From positions 5,642,001-5,706,000 of the forward strand of contig CAIIXF020000001.1 in the NCBI GenBank assembly GCA_903813345.2: a stretch of DNA of 64,000 nucleotides, read 5' to 3'. Position 1 is the first letter of the stretch. The number at the start of each line of letters is the position of its first letter. The notes under the pieces are model-generated. The model was not told the origin of the DNA. It ran no database searches and worked only from the letters and a program-made list of their open reading frames with translations. The position numbers and the translations under genes are program-made. This document shows positions 29,001 to 39,800 of the stretch, piece after piece. The DNA is from Owenia fusiformis (Eukaryota).

Positions 29001-30514
29001 GCAAAGTAGATTGCCAATTTTGATGAACTTGACATTCCAAATGACCACCCATAATTTCATCTCAGAATTGATCTGGTAAAAAGGCAAATAGATGTGGAAC
29101 ATTATTTTACTAAAAAGAATTAGCTATAAAAGTGATTACTAAGTTAAGATGTGTCGTCCTTGTTCTATCATAGACTTCAGACTTAAAAATATTTTTAGTG
29201 ATAGAGGGTTTTGATAATAATGAAATATGGTTATTTTGTAGTTTCTTAAATATTTCTGATTGGATAATGTAAACTCTATTGGAATGCAACAAGATGCTCT
29301 TGTTGACATGCAGACTGTGATTTATTATAATAAATATGACCTTAAAAAGGAGCAGCTAATAATTTTGAGCATTGTGTTAATTGAGGATTTAGCCCAAACT
29401 TCAAAGTCCTAAATGGTTAAATATGCAAATCTTAATTAAAACGAGACTTCAACAAGATTTCAAACCTATATAACTAGCAAAACTTCTGTTCAGTTAATTA
29501 TGAAAAATGACTTTTGCTCTATTTTTAAATGTCACTATGTTTTCTATTATCTTTGTCTCCTGTGGCATTAAAGATAACTGGCTGATGTCAGACGCTTTGA
29601 TAGAATGGTAATTATATAAAAGGTCAGATGCCTTGCTCTGCATAACAAAGAGATTCGAAAGGTTTTAATTGCCATATCTGGAAAGTGACTGTAATTTATT
29701 CGTCTAAAGAACGTAAACAAAATGATTCCTGCAGGATTTATTCATATTCAGTCAAGCCAGACTAGATAATCTTTATAGAAATGATGTGATTGTCATTCAA
29801 AGTGCCAGGAACATTGAATAATCCTAAATAGTCAACATAGATATAATAACCTGAAGATCTGAAACTATAATGGAAATCATGATTGATGGAACTTGTGGGA
29901 GAAATGTGAGGCCTCACTCTAGCTATTAGGAATTTATTCCCATTGGGAGGCACTTAATGAAATGCCACCAGTTTATTATACCAATATTTACATCAGTAGA
30001 TGTAATAAACAGCAGAAATATACAAGTGATTTAAAACAGGACCACCATTTTATTCAGTTAATGAATATACACCTTATGAATCAGATATTGTCAATATAGT
30101 TATAGCTTATTGTTGCACCATTAAGATTATGGCTACCATTTTAGACATTTTCACGACTTCCTATACTAAGTCTTTGCTTCATACACTGTATGAACCATTC
30201 GTTTGATAGTTTGATTGATCTTAACCCTGTATTCTTTTCTATATCCAGGTGACCACCTACAGTTGAACCAGGAGAATCAGGCATTGAAAGGCAAAGTTGA
30301 ACACCTCCAACAAATGATGGAAGAGAGACGTGCCAAAAGAAAAGCACGTAGAGAAGCACGTAGTGCTCCCTATAATTGGTCAAGTGACAAACAAAGCAGT
30401 ACTGAGAGTAAAGATGGTGAAACAAATGCCATGGAGGTTGATGCAAATGTAATGACAGACAATGTAACAGATACTACACTAACACAGATTAAACAAGAAA
30501 CTGTTATGGTGTAA
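4836..30514 (+). CDS. MIDN: Midnolin orthologue, spliced CDS join(4836..5065,5179..5266,5779..5835,13410..13817,15236..15452,26235..26417,30249..30514); 1449 nt, 482 aa
   Basis: All introns are GT-AG and phases are consistent. Recognisable midnolin motifs: Ubl ([13 protein letters not shown]...[17 protein letters not shown]...[12 protein letters not shown]), Catch1 ([41 protein letters not shown]), Catch2 ([29 protein letters not shown]...[13 protein letters not shown]) and C-terminal helix ([29 protein letters not shown]). Confidence 0.95.
5179..5266 (+). CDS. MIDN: MIDN coding exon 2 (Ubl C-part)
   Basis: ctttccag| acceptor; [29 protein letters not shown]; |gtaag donor. Confidence 0.92.
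5779..5835 (+). CDS. MIDN: MIDN coding exon 3
   Basis: ttattacag| acceptor; [19 protein letters not shown]; |gtaaa donor. Confidence 0.92.
13410..13817 (+). CDS. MIDN: MIDN coding exon 4 (Catch1 plus S/T-rich linker)
   Basis: ttccag| acceptor; [28 protein letters not shown]...; AAG|gtaag donor. Confidence 0.92.
15236..15452 (+). CDS. MIDN: MIDN coding exon 5 (Ser-rich linker, start of Catch2)
   Basis: tttttcag| acceptor; [10 protein letters not shown]...[21 protein letters not shown]|gtaag donor. The ORF track shows a different frame here. Confidence 0.92.
16300..16667. repeat. Double-hairpin element (110-bp palindrome plus 23-bp inverted repeat pair)
   Basis: tatgtcactatcgtggcatatatgccc / gggcatatgtgccacgatagtgacata; tataacatacctatgatgatgta / tacatcatcataggtatgttata. 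Confidence 0.75.
16680..17676 (-). mobile_element. Internally deleted Tc1/mariner element with decayed transposase
   Basis: TA flanks; about 180-bp TIRs starting CAGGGTGTCC. The minus strand encodes fragments [19 protein letters not shown] and [23 protein letters not shown], which resemble the WFQQDGAP / WPPxSPDLNPLDFxLWGYLK motifs. Confidence 0.88.
18780..18984. mobile_element. TA-flanked MITE
   Basis: TA|CTGTATAAGTGGTA ... TACCACTTATACAG|TA. Confidence 0.8.
20273..20473. mobile_element. MITE with CAGG termini and 5-bp TSD
   Basis: cttct|CAGGCcCaTAgCCAGG ... CCTGGtTAcGaGCCTG|cttct. Confidence 0.8.
22374..22868. mobile_element. MITE with 5-bp TSD
   Basis: tagta|CAttGGCGTCAgAAG ... CTTtTGACGCCccTG|tagta, with G/C-rich subterminal blocks. 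Confidence 0.7.
25561..25829. mobile_element. TA-flanked MITE
   Basis: TA|GGGCAAAGGGGTGT ... ACACCCCTTTGCCC|TA. Confidence 0.8.
26235..26417 (+). CDS. MIDN: MIDN coding exon 6 (Catch2)
   Basis: ttgcag| acceptor; [31 protein letters not shown]...; G|gtatg donor. Confidence 0.92.
26620..26752 (+). mobile_element. Minimal family B copy (ends only)
   Basis: ttttatgtcacccccactagtctagtggtgacata ... ggtggtgacattttgcatgttaatgcctt. Confidence 0.7.
26800..27291 (+). mobile_element. Degenerate family A copy
   Basis: Contains taactcaaataccagt, ttttcaagacggctg and the end motif gatttgttactccgtagagtttctagt. Confidence 0.6.
27535..28031. mobile_element. TA-flanked MITE
   Basis: TA|CTGTAAAACActtTAAATTCGCA ... 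TGCGAATTTAacaTGTTTTACAG|TA. Confidence 0.8.
30249..30514 (+). CDS. MIDN: MIDN last coding exon (C-terminal helix/NLS)
   Basis: atatccag| acceptor; [43 protein letters not shown]...ETVMV*. Confidence 0.92.
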
Positions 30515-30819
30515 AGAAATAATGAAATGTTTGGAGTAAGTGATTTGTGCAGATTTTCACAGCTGTTACTCATAATGGCAGAAATACCATTACTGCATTG
30601 AGTGTGTTCTCGTTAAGCATTGTTGAACGTTGCCACATAGGTAATTGTCAGGAGAACATGGTTGTTGAATTTATGATTGATGTAGTTTTCTCAAGCTTGG
30701 AAGCTTGTAGGATCGTGAGATATATAATACATCAAATCTTATATAGGCCAATAAAATCATGATGGCTGATGTACAGTTTATGTGCTGTATGTAACCTGTA
30801 GGCTTGGTCAGCTAATTCT

Positions 30820-30972
30820 TGTAGCCTAGTTTAAAGAGAGGGACGTGACTCTGCCCTTATAGCCTGGTATAAAAACAGGAGTTTTGACTCTGCCCTTTGT
30901 AGCCTGGTATAAAGACGGAAATGTTGACTCTGTCCCTGTAGCTTGGTATAAAGACAGGAGTGTTGACTCTAC
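30820..30972 (+). repeat. About 39-bp tandem repeat (4 copies) in the probable MIDN 3'UTR
   Basis: tagcctggtataaagacaggagtgttgactctgccc units. Confidence 0.8.
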
Positions 30973-32593
30973 CACAGATGTGTGAGATAATGGTCAGAGA
31001 CTTTTTATGCCCCACCATAATGGTGGAAGTATATTGCCAGAGCGAAAATAGAGTTCATATTTGACAAAAGCAAATTTGACATCTACAATTGTTACCTTCC
31101 TATGTATCAAATTGTTGGTAACTTGTGGTAGAATAGAGGGAATAAGCCTACATTTTCACCAACCACACATTTTGGATCTACATGACTTGTGAACAGTGAT
31201 TCAAAGAAAACCAAGCCAGTATACTCGTATATCCACCACAAATAAACAAATTGACTTTTGCCATCCTAGCATTTGCTGATGTTTGAATATTTACTGAGGA
31301 ATATTCGCGAGAGTTCACCTTTTTATTGTTAATAATTAACTTTTTCCAATATTGGCATTTGGCAAAGAATTTTAGTAATTCCAGAAAAACTCTGACCATT
31401 TTAGCATGTCTCACAAAAGTACCTCACAGAGTCAGTCAATATATGACTGAAAGCTGTCACTGTTATTCATATGAAAATACTATCTTGTTATTTGTTTTAA
31501 TTTGTCCCATTATATTTTAACCCAGAATTTTATGTACAGTAATGTTAGTGTCAGATATACAGAAATGTTGTTATACAATTATTAAGGCATACAAAAATAT
31601 TAATCAACAGAAAAACAATCACCTTTATAATGGTATAAGAATGAATATGTTTTATTTACAAGTTTACTATATATGTGTTTGTAAATTGTAACTGTACTCG
31701 CATACTATATTATTGAGATATGGAGCAAAATGTCTTTGTAAGACGACTTGCCTAGGGTGATCATTATTTTTATGTACATAATATATGTACATTTCAAGTA
31801 CACTGCATATCTTTTCCGTGGCAGTTAACCCTTTGCAGTCTAAGGACAAGAAATGTCAGCACAATGTTTTATTGATGTATTATTGAACAATAATAGACCA
31901 TGGGTGCAAATCCATGGATTGCTAAGTGTTAACCTTCTGGGGAGTGAGCGATTGAAGGTTTTTCATTCAATAATCACTTTTTGTCATTATTATACTAGTT
32001 GACGTTTATTTTAGTAAGAACTGTTCTAATTTCCTGATATTTCCTTTTAAAAAAAGAAAATTAGGTGCCATATGCCCATTGAGAATTTGCAAATGTTATT
32101 TCTAGCATTTCGTTTGGTTGAGCACAGTAGATTTGATTTTTTGCCGTTAATATCAAATATATCAGTTATCTTAGTTATCTAAATGTTTGAAATGTCAGGA
32201 TGTATGATTCCAGAATTCTTTTTTAATAAGAGGTGGTCACAAAAATTGCATTGGTTAATAGGCTCAATACTTTTATTTGAGTTTAAAACTTTGCAGAAGT
32301 ATAAAACAATAGAAACTGGTAGTAGTTATTATTAAAATTGCAGTATGTAACTATATAACATAGGATGTGTATGTCCAATGAATTAAATGTATGTTTGTAA
32401 ATATTTTTAATTTGATGTAAAAACCTTTGACTTCTCTTTGTGCACATACAGATATACACAGTATTTTAAATAATATTGGTTTCTCAGTTTCAAATACTTT
32501 TATGTATACATAATGTACATTATACACAGCATACAAATACATATTTACGAGGCAATAACACATAAAATGGAATTTATTATGCAATTGAGGAAA

Positions 32594-32675
32594 ATAAATG
32601 TAGATATAATTGTGAATAAATGACTTCCAATGTTATGTCCATTGAACAGTGAGTGCCCAATTTCTTAATAATAAA
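32594..32675 (+). terminator. Cluster of AATAAA hexamers, candidate distal MIDN poly(A) signals (a proximal AATAAA lies near 30750)
   Basis: Three AATAAA within about 80 nt, at the end of an AU-rich stretch and just before the repeat block. Confidence 0.4.
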
Positions 32676-32759
32676 ATGACATTCTTCTGATTAGAGTATT
32701 CTTCCTTTAGGTGATATTATTTGTGATTATAACATTAACTTTATAATAACCTTCAATTG

Positions 32760-33034
32760 AAATTCAGAGGCTAAGCAGGGTAAAATAGAGAATATTGGAC
32801 ACCTTTTACCTTAAAAAACTCATTGAAGGTCAAATCTTAAAAGTTAAGTCAGATTTGAACTTCTGAAAACTTGTAGATGATTTTGAAAAAAACTGAAGTC
32901 AGACTGAAAAGCACTTGTCAAGTTATTGGAAGTTGTAAGAATTTGTTACAGAGGCCAACCGCTGATTGCCAACCACCAATCGCCATCACAAAAAACAGAG
33001 ACCATAACAATACCTTTTGGTGGTGACATAAAAA
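32760..33034 (-). mobile_element. Truncated inverted family B copy
   Basis: Reverse complement of 33331-33600. Confidence 0.75.
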
Positions 33035-33330
33035 TGGTATGTAACAAAACAACACTGAAATAGATATAGTTTACACACCCATATAAAAACAAAGTCTTCT
33101 GATCAGCTTGTGTAAACTCTGTGCTATATGTTGCCAGTATTACTGCACAGATAACTGACAGGGTTCAAGATATAATAATGAGATCAACTTTCAAGTAAAT
33201 ATTCATTTAAAATGTCTTAAATTTCGGTGACAAAGAGCGCTGAATTTACACTAGTGAATTAAGAGTTGATTTTTATATGGGTGTGCAAGCTCATCAGTTT
33301 ACAGTTTCCATGTTGTTTAGTTCAGTACGG

Positions 33331-34750
33331 TTTTTATGTCACCACCAAAAGTGGTGACATATTGTTATGGTCTCCGTTTTTTTGCGACGGCGGTTGGTGG
33401 TTGGCGTCCGGCGTCTGGCGTCCGGCGTCCGGCGTCTGTAACAATTTCTTACAACTTCCTATAACTTAACAAATACTGTTTAGACTGACTTCAATTTTTT
33501 TCTAAATCATCTACATGTTCTCAGAAGTTCAAATCTGACTTTAGATTTGACATTTGACCTTCAATGACCTTCTCAAGGTCAAAAAGGTCTTTTTTCAACT
33601 TGCTTCACATTGACAAATTTTTTTTTCAAAATCATCTTCATGTTCTCAGAAATTCAAATCTGACTTTAGATTTGACTTTAGATTTGACATTTGACCTTCA
33701 AATCTGACTTTAGATTTGACATTTGACCTTCAATGACCTTCTCAAGGTCAAAAAAAGGTCAAAAAGGTCTGTTTTCAACTTGCTTCAAATTGACTAAATT
33801 TTTTTTTCAAAATCATCTACGTGTTCTCAGAAATTCAAATCTGACTTAAGATTTGACATTTGACCTTCAATGACCTTCTCAAGGTCAAAAAGGTCTGTTT
33901 TCAACTTGCTTCAAATTGACTAAATTTTTTTTTCAAAATCATCTACGTGTTCTCAGAAATTCAAATCTGACTTTAGATTTGACTTAAGATTTGACATTTG
34001 ACCTTCAATGACCTTCTCAAAGTCAAAAAAGGTCAAAAAGGTCTTTTTTCAACTTGCTTCAAATTGACTAAATTTTTTTTTCAAAATCATCTACATGTTC
34101 TCAGAAATTCAAATCTGACTTTAGATTTGACATTTGACCTTCAATGACCTTCTCAATGTCAAAAAAGGTCAAAAAGGTATTTTTTCATCTTGCTTCAAAT
34201 TGACTAAATTTTTTTTTCAAAATCATCTACATGTTCTCAGAAATTCAAATATGACTTTAGATTTGACTTTAGATTTGACATTTGACCTTCAATGACCTTC
34301 TCAAGGTCAAAAAAGGTCAAAAAGGTCTTTTTTCAACTTGCTTCAAATTGACTAATTTTTTTTTCAAAATCATCTACATGTTCTCAGGAATTCAAATCTG
34401 ACTTTAGATTTGACATTTGACCTTCAATGACCTTCTCAAGGTCAAAAAGGTCTTTTTTCAACTTGCTTCACATTGACAAATTTTTTTTTCAAAATCATCT
34501 ACATGTTCTCAGAAGTTCAAATCTGACTTTACATTTGACATTTGAAATTCAATGACCTTCTCAATGTCAAAAAAAGTCAAAGAGGTATTTTTTCAACTTG
34601 CTTCAAATTGACGAATTTTTTTTCAAAATCATCTACATGTTCTAAGAAGTTCAAATCAAACCTTCTTAAGGTCAAAAGGTATTTTCCAACTTTCTTTAAA
34701 TTGACCAAATTGTTTTAGGTGGTGACATTTTGTCATGTTAATGCCTTGTC
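33331..34750 (+). mobile_element. Family B HINE-like element with internal 120-140 bp tandem array
   Basis: 5' palindrome tatgtcaccaccaaaagtggtgacata, then a (ggcgtcc)n microsatellite, an array of tttgaccttcaatgaccttctcaaggtcaaa units, and 3' ggtggtgacattttgtcatgttaatgccttgt. Confidence 0.85.
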
Positions 34751-34918
34751 TTACATTTGCTGGGGTATATTACCAGTGTAAAACAATAATACAGTTAAGA
34801 CAATATCACTGGCTGCACACACAACAGAGTATAAGTCAACAGAACTCAGTTGTTGGATAATTTTAAGATTTGTATATACCCAGGACAATTTGTCAGTAAA
34901 TATCTATTTCCAAGACCA

Positions 34919-36106
34919 TAACTAGAAAACTCCATGGCCATGGAAAAAATGGTGGCCATTTTGAAATTAAGTGGCCTTCTCGAAAATGTCTCCTTGAGCA
35001 AAGCTCCTTTCCCTCTAGGCATCAGCATATAATATTCCAACCAAATCTGTCAACTGGTATTAGAGTTATCAAAGGTTACTTTCTTTTACAAAAAATGCTG
35101 GCCATTTTGAAATTCAACTGCCATCTTGATAATTCCTTATTGAGCAGAGCTCCTGTGTCCCTGGGCATCACCATATAAAATTTGAACAAAGTCTGTCCAC
35201 TGGTATTTGAGTTATCAAAGATTGTTTTTTACAAAAAATGGTGGCCATTTTGAAATTCAGCAGCCATATTGAAAATGGATCTTGTTGCTAGGTATCAGCA
35301 TATAAAATTTGAACGAAATCCGTCAACTGGTATTTAAGTTATCAATGATTACTTTCTTTTACAAAAAATGCTGGCCATTTTAAAATTCAACTGCCATCTT
35401 GATAATTCCTTATCGAGCAGAGCTCCTGTGTCCCTGGGCATCACCATATAAAATTTGAACAAAGTCTGTCCGCTGGTATTTGAGTTATCAAAGAGTGTTT
35501 TTGTAATGGTGGCCATTTTGAAATTCAGCCATATTGAAAATGTCCCTTGTTGCTAGGCACCAGCATATAAAATTTGAACGAAATCCGTCAACTGGTATTT
35601 GAGTTATCAATGATTACATTCTTTTACGAAAAATGGTGGCCACTTTGAAATTCAGCTGCCATCTTAAAAATTCCTTATCAAGCAGAGGTCCTGTGTCCCT
35701 AAGCATTGGCATATACAATTTGAACAAAATCTGTCTACAGGTACTTGAGTGATCAAAGATTATGTTTTTTTACGAAAAATGGTGGCCATTCTCTCAGCCA
35801 TCTTGAAAATGTCTCCTTGAGCAAAGCTCCTTTGTCCCTAGGTATCAGGATTTAAAATTTGAAACAAGTCCATCAACTCGTATGTGAGTTATCAAAGATT
35901 ACATTTTTTCTGAAAAATGGTGCCCATTTTGAATTGAGTGGCCATATAGAAAATTCCTTCTCGAGCAGAGGTTCTACCCCCATAAGGCATAAGCCTATAA
36001 AATTTGAATCAAATCCGTCAACAGGTATTTGAGTTATCGCCTGGACAGACGAACGGACAGACAGCTTTCCTATATTCCCCTCAAACTTCATTCTGTGGGA
36101 TAACAA
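34919..36106 (-). mobile_element. Family A HINE-like element with about 8 tandem units (119-146 bp)
   Basis: Reverse complement of the unit at 1.9-2.7 kb; ends aactagaaaactcc... and a GACA/GACG microsatellite followed by a short stem-loop (36040-36106). Confidence 0.8.
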
Positions 36107-36252
36107 ATAGGGTGCAGTGTCACAATTCCATCTCAATAATTGTTTTTGGTACAGTATTAATTGTGTGTTCAAGCACAACAAAAAGTCTTTGAACAACAAA
36201 TGCAGAGAGCATAAATCGAGAAATACAAACAGATTTACTTACAAAATAGAGT

Positions 36253-36258
36253 TTTATT
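36253..36258 (-). terminator. Putative PGD polyadenylation signal AATAAA
   Basis: tttatt on + strand, about 520 nt downstream of the stop and just before repeat DNA begins. Confidence 0.5.
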
Positions 36259-36775
36259 GTCAATGAGTAGTGCAACATTTCCATCCCTAGTTTTAGTGCA
36301 AGAGATACAAAGTATACAGAAGAAACATATTTATCTTTTATTCACATAACCATTTATATCTTTGACCATAATATTTTTTCCTCCCAACAGAATGTTAGAA
36401 TTTGTTTTTCTCACAGCATATTTGAGAATATAAAAACTTCAAACCTAGAATCAACATACTATTCGACTAGTACATGTACATATATTCGGGTCAGCTCCAA
36501 CTGGAGCCCAAAATATTTTTTCCAAAGATATGAACAAGTCAACAACAATTGGCAAATCATCATCAAAGTTTCATCAGATCACCGGATCATCAGATTATAT
36601 CTCTTGTTAAGTGTGTTAGACAGATACTGCACTAACTGAATTTTACAGCAATTTTAGTAAAATATTCAAATTTAACACACTATAAAGTCATTATTCACAT
36701 ATTTTGAAGTTATAAATCCCATACTATAGGGCTGTAGTGAAGAAATTGATTGGGTTGCGTCCATTTAAGTTTTTC

Positions 36776-36895
36776 TTATGCCTGGTATGTGGATGAAGAG
36801 ACAGAGCCACCGTGTCCAGTCCAATTTGTATGGTGCCAGGTGCCAGGTGAAGTCAACAATTCATATGTGTGGGCACCAAAGTAATCTCTCTGAGC
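36776..36895 (-). CDS. PGD: PGD last exon
   Basis: [14 protein letters not shown]...[18 protein letters not shown] (TAA at 36776-36778). Confidence 0.95.
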   Translation of the reverse strand, partial: AQRDYFGAHTYELLTSPGTWHHTNWTGHGGSVSSSTYQA

Positions 36896-39800
36896 CTGAA
36901 ATAACAATTTTTTATCATCAACTCTTTACAAACATCTCAATTTAATAAAACCGGAATATACACATGTACAATTTCAATAACATTATTTGCAGAATGGTTT
37001 GAATATACCATTAGAAAGAATAAAATGTCTGGGATAAGGATATAACTGCATTATGGACAACTTTTCCAACATTTTTAATGAGGACAATTTTTGGTTAAAT
37101 GTTCAAAGGTTTGGGCACCAAAATAAAAAGCCTGAAATAATTTTTAAAAATACATCCACTCTGCATCACATTCTGCAAATGTATCTCATGATTTGTAGCT
37201 ATACTAGTTGTCTGCTATTTAGCCGAGCCATTTAGATTTTGACAAGAAGAGGTTAAATTATGGCTGGATTTTGAGGACAACGCTGTTGAGGTATGCTTTA
37301 ATATTTGATAAATCAATGCAGAAATATTGTACAAAAAAATAAATTCTGCACATTTTTTGAAAAGGAAAATTCCGCTGTATTGCAAAACACGGAATTCTAG
37401 AATGTGTAAAACATGCGATGCCAAGAATATCTTCAGCTTTATTATGTTTTATTTAGAATATTTGAAAGCAACACTAGCATTACTGTCCAACAGTAACACC
37501 TGTGTGTAACATCACATCAAACAGCTGCTTTTATTTAAAAGAATGTCAAAGATTGTCTCCACTAACAGTGTGTACCTCTTTAATGTGATAATGTAATTAC
37601 CTGAATAAGGTTGGCGGGGAGTCTCTCTAGCCTGTACCCATCATAGAATGCAAGAGCTGAACTGAAGGCAGGGGTGGGCACGCCTAACGTAACAGCAGCT
37701 GATACAGTTTTCCTCCATGATTCCTTAATATTGAAAATGAATAAAATATATATACAGGGTCTAGAAATATTTAAAAATTAGGGCCATTATGGTAGGTTTG
37801 GGTATTTTTGATCTCATTTTTATTCCCATTTTCACAATTGCCAAACCATATAATTGAAGTGGCAGATATAAAGATGGGGTTTGATAATCCAGAATGAGGT
37901 TAGACTTATGCATGTACACATATTAAAATAAGTATATGTGTAGGGAAGTGGTATTTGGGGTATTGGTGAATACTGAAATCAGAGAATTTATTTATCCTAG
38001 TCAATACTAGTAATATCATAAGAATGTACCTGTGATTTTTGGATAGCTTCACTAAAGAAATTATCCAAGAGTAGGTTTTGCAGATCTGGGTTTTTATCGA
38101 ATGCAGATTTAATGTTTCCAAGAAACACACTGAAACAGAAGAAAACACCTTGAAACTGGGTATCACATAAATACATCAATACAAGTACACTTAAATTAAA
38201 TTACATGTTTGTCTTGAAAATACATTCAATCAAAAATGGCAGATCGCAAGAGTAATCCAGCAATATGGTGCATAATGCACATTGAATTCATTGTTACAGA
38301 ACAGTATAATCATACTGTACAGTAATGGTAATTCTATGAAAAGTAAATTTCATTTCAATTACCATTTAAATTCACATGTAGATGTTACTCAAATACCGCC
38401 GTATCACAGTTTTATTATTTTGTACATATACTTTAAATTGTAACATTGAACAATGATTATGATATGATTTGAATTTCCACCTTCTTATAATACAGCCTCC
38501 TCTCCACATCAACGCAATACTTCCATAGTTCAGTTTCCAACCAAATTCTTTAGCTGCCTCACGCATTAGCATAAAGCCTTGTGCATAAGAGATAATCTTG
38601 GATGCATACAGTGCCTGAAATAATAATGTTCCTTGAATTATTTTTTGTTATTCAAGTACATGTACATGTAATAATTGGATCACAAAGAATTAGAATGTTA
38701 TAATACAAGTATATTATTGTCCACGTGATTTTACATAATCACACTTATCCACATGCAAGTATTTTCAATTGTCATATTGATAGCTAAGAAAGTCATTCAG
38801 TTCAGAAATATGTAGAAATTAGGGAGATCTTTAACTTACTTCATTAAAGTTAGTCATAAATTGAAATATATTGCTTATTGTAAAAAGTGAATAAACAAAA
38901 ATAGTAAATAAGCAATAAAGTGAACACAAGTTTCACAAAATCTCAATTTGAGAATACTTCTACTAAAGTTCATTTTACAGCTACATGATGAGAAATCAGC
39001 AAGATTATGACCCTTCTAATTTCACACACTAGCTCACAATTAAATATCAACTTCAAAGTTCAAAGTCTGATAAAATGCAACTTCAATCTTTATCTAGTTT
39101 GTAATATTGTTTTTCTACCTTTTGTATATGTCCTATAAACTCCTCCTTATCTCCCTGGTATTTCAAATTGCTTGGTCCCACGAGTTTCTTGCTAGCTTCT
39201 ACTCTTTCATTTTTTAAGGCTGACAGACAACGAGCAAACACAGATTCTCCTGTAAAAATCAAAAGGTTTATTGGATGATCAAATGTTGGGTTTGATGGTT
39301 GTTTAAATGTCAGGTTTAATGTATGATCGAATGTTGGGTTTAATGGATGATCAAATGTTGGGTTTAAAGGGTGACGATAAGCATCCCGTATAAAAACAAT
39401 ATGGCGGCTCCAGGCGAATCAACTGGATCAGTCCATTTTTAAGAAATAAGGGGAGTTCTGTAAAATCCAGTTTATTGAAATTGTCTTTGAGATAAAGTAA
39501 TCCGTTTATAATGATTTTGAAAACGTTATCCATAGAGTGATTGCGTTCAAACAGTACATGTACAACAGCCAATACAAATCCTTGTATTAGAACTGCTTTG
39601 TTTCATTTGTAGGATATTTCATATGCCAAGCTGTGTGCTATTACGTTATGGGGAAATGTAGATGCCAATTTTTCCTCATTATACACAAATAGAAGATCCT
39701 GAAACTTCACCCATAAATTTGGAATTGATTTGTCAAAATAAAAATCACCCTTTTATAAATGTGTGACGATCTATAATATACTTAGGCTATATAACAGTTA

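Noticed and set aside
36710..36778. Stop-codon readthrough of PGD to a peroxisomal signal
   Set aside because: The stop is TAA-G, not a leaky TGA-C context, and the extension ends ...VWDL, which is not PTS1
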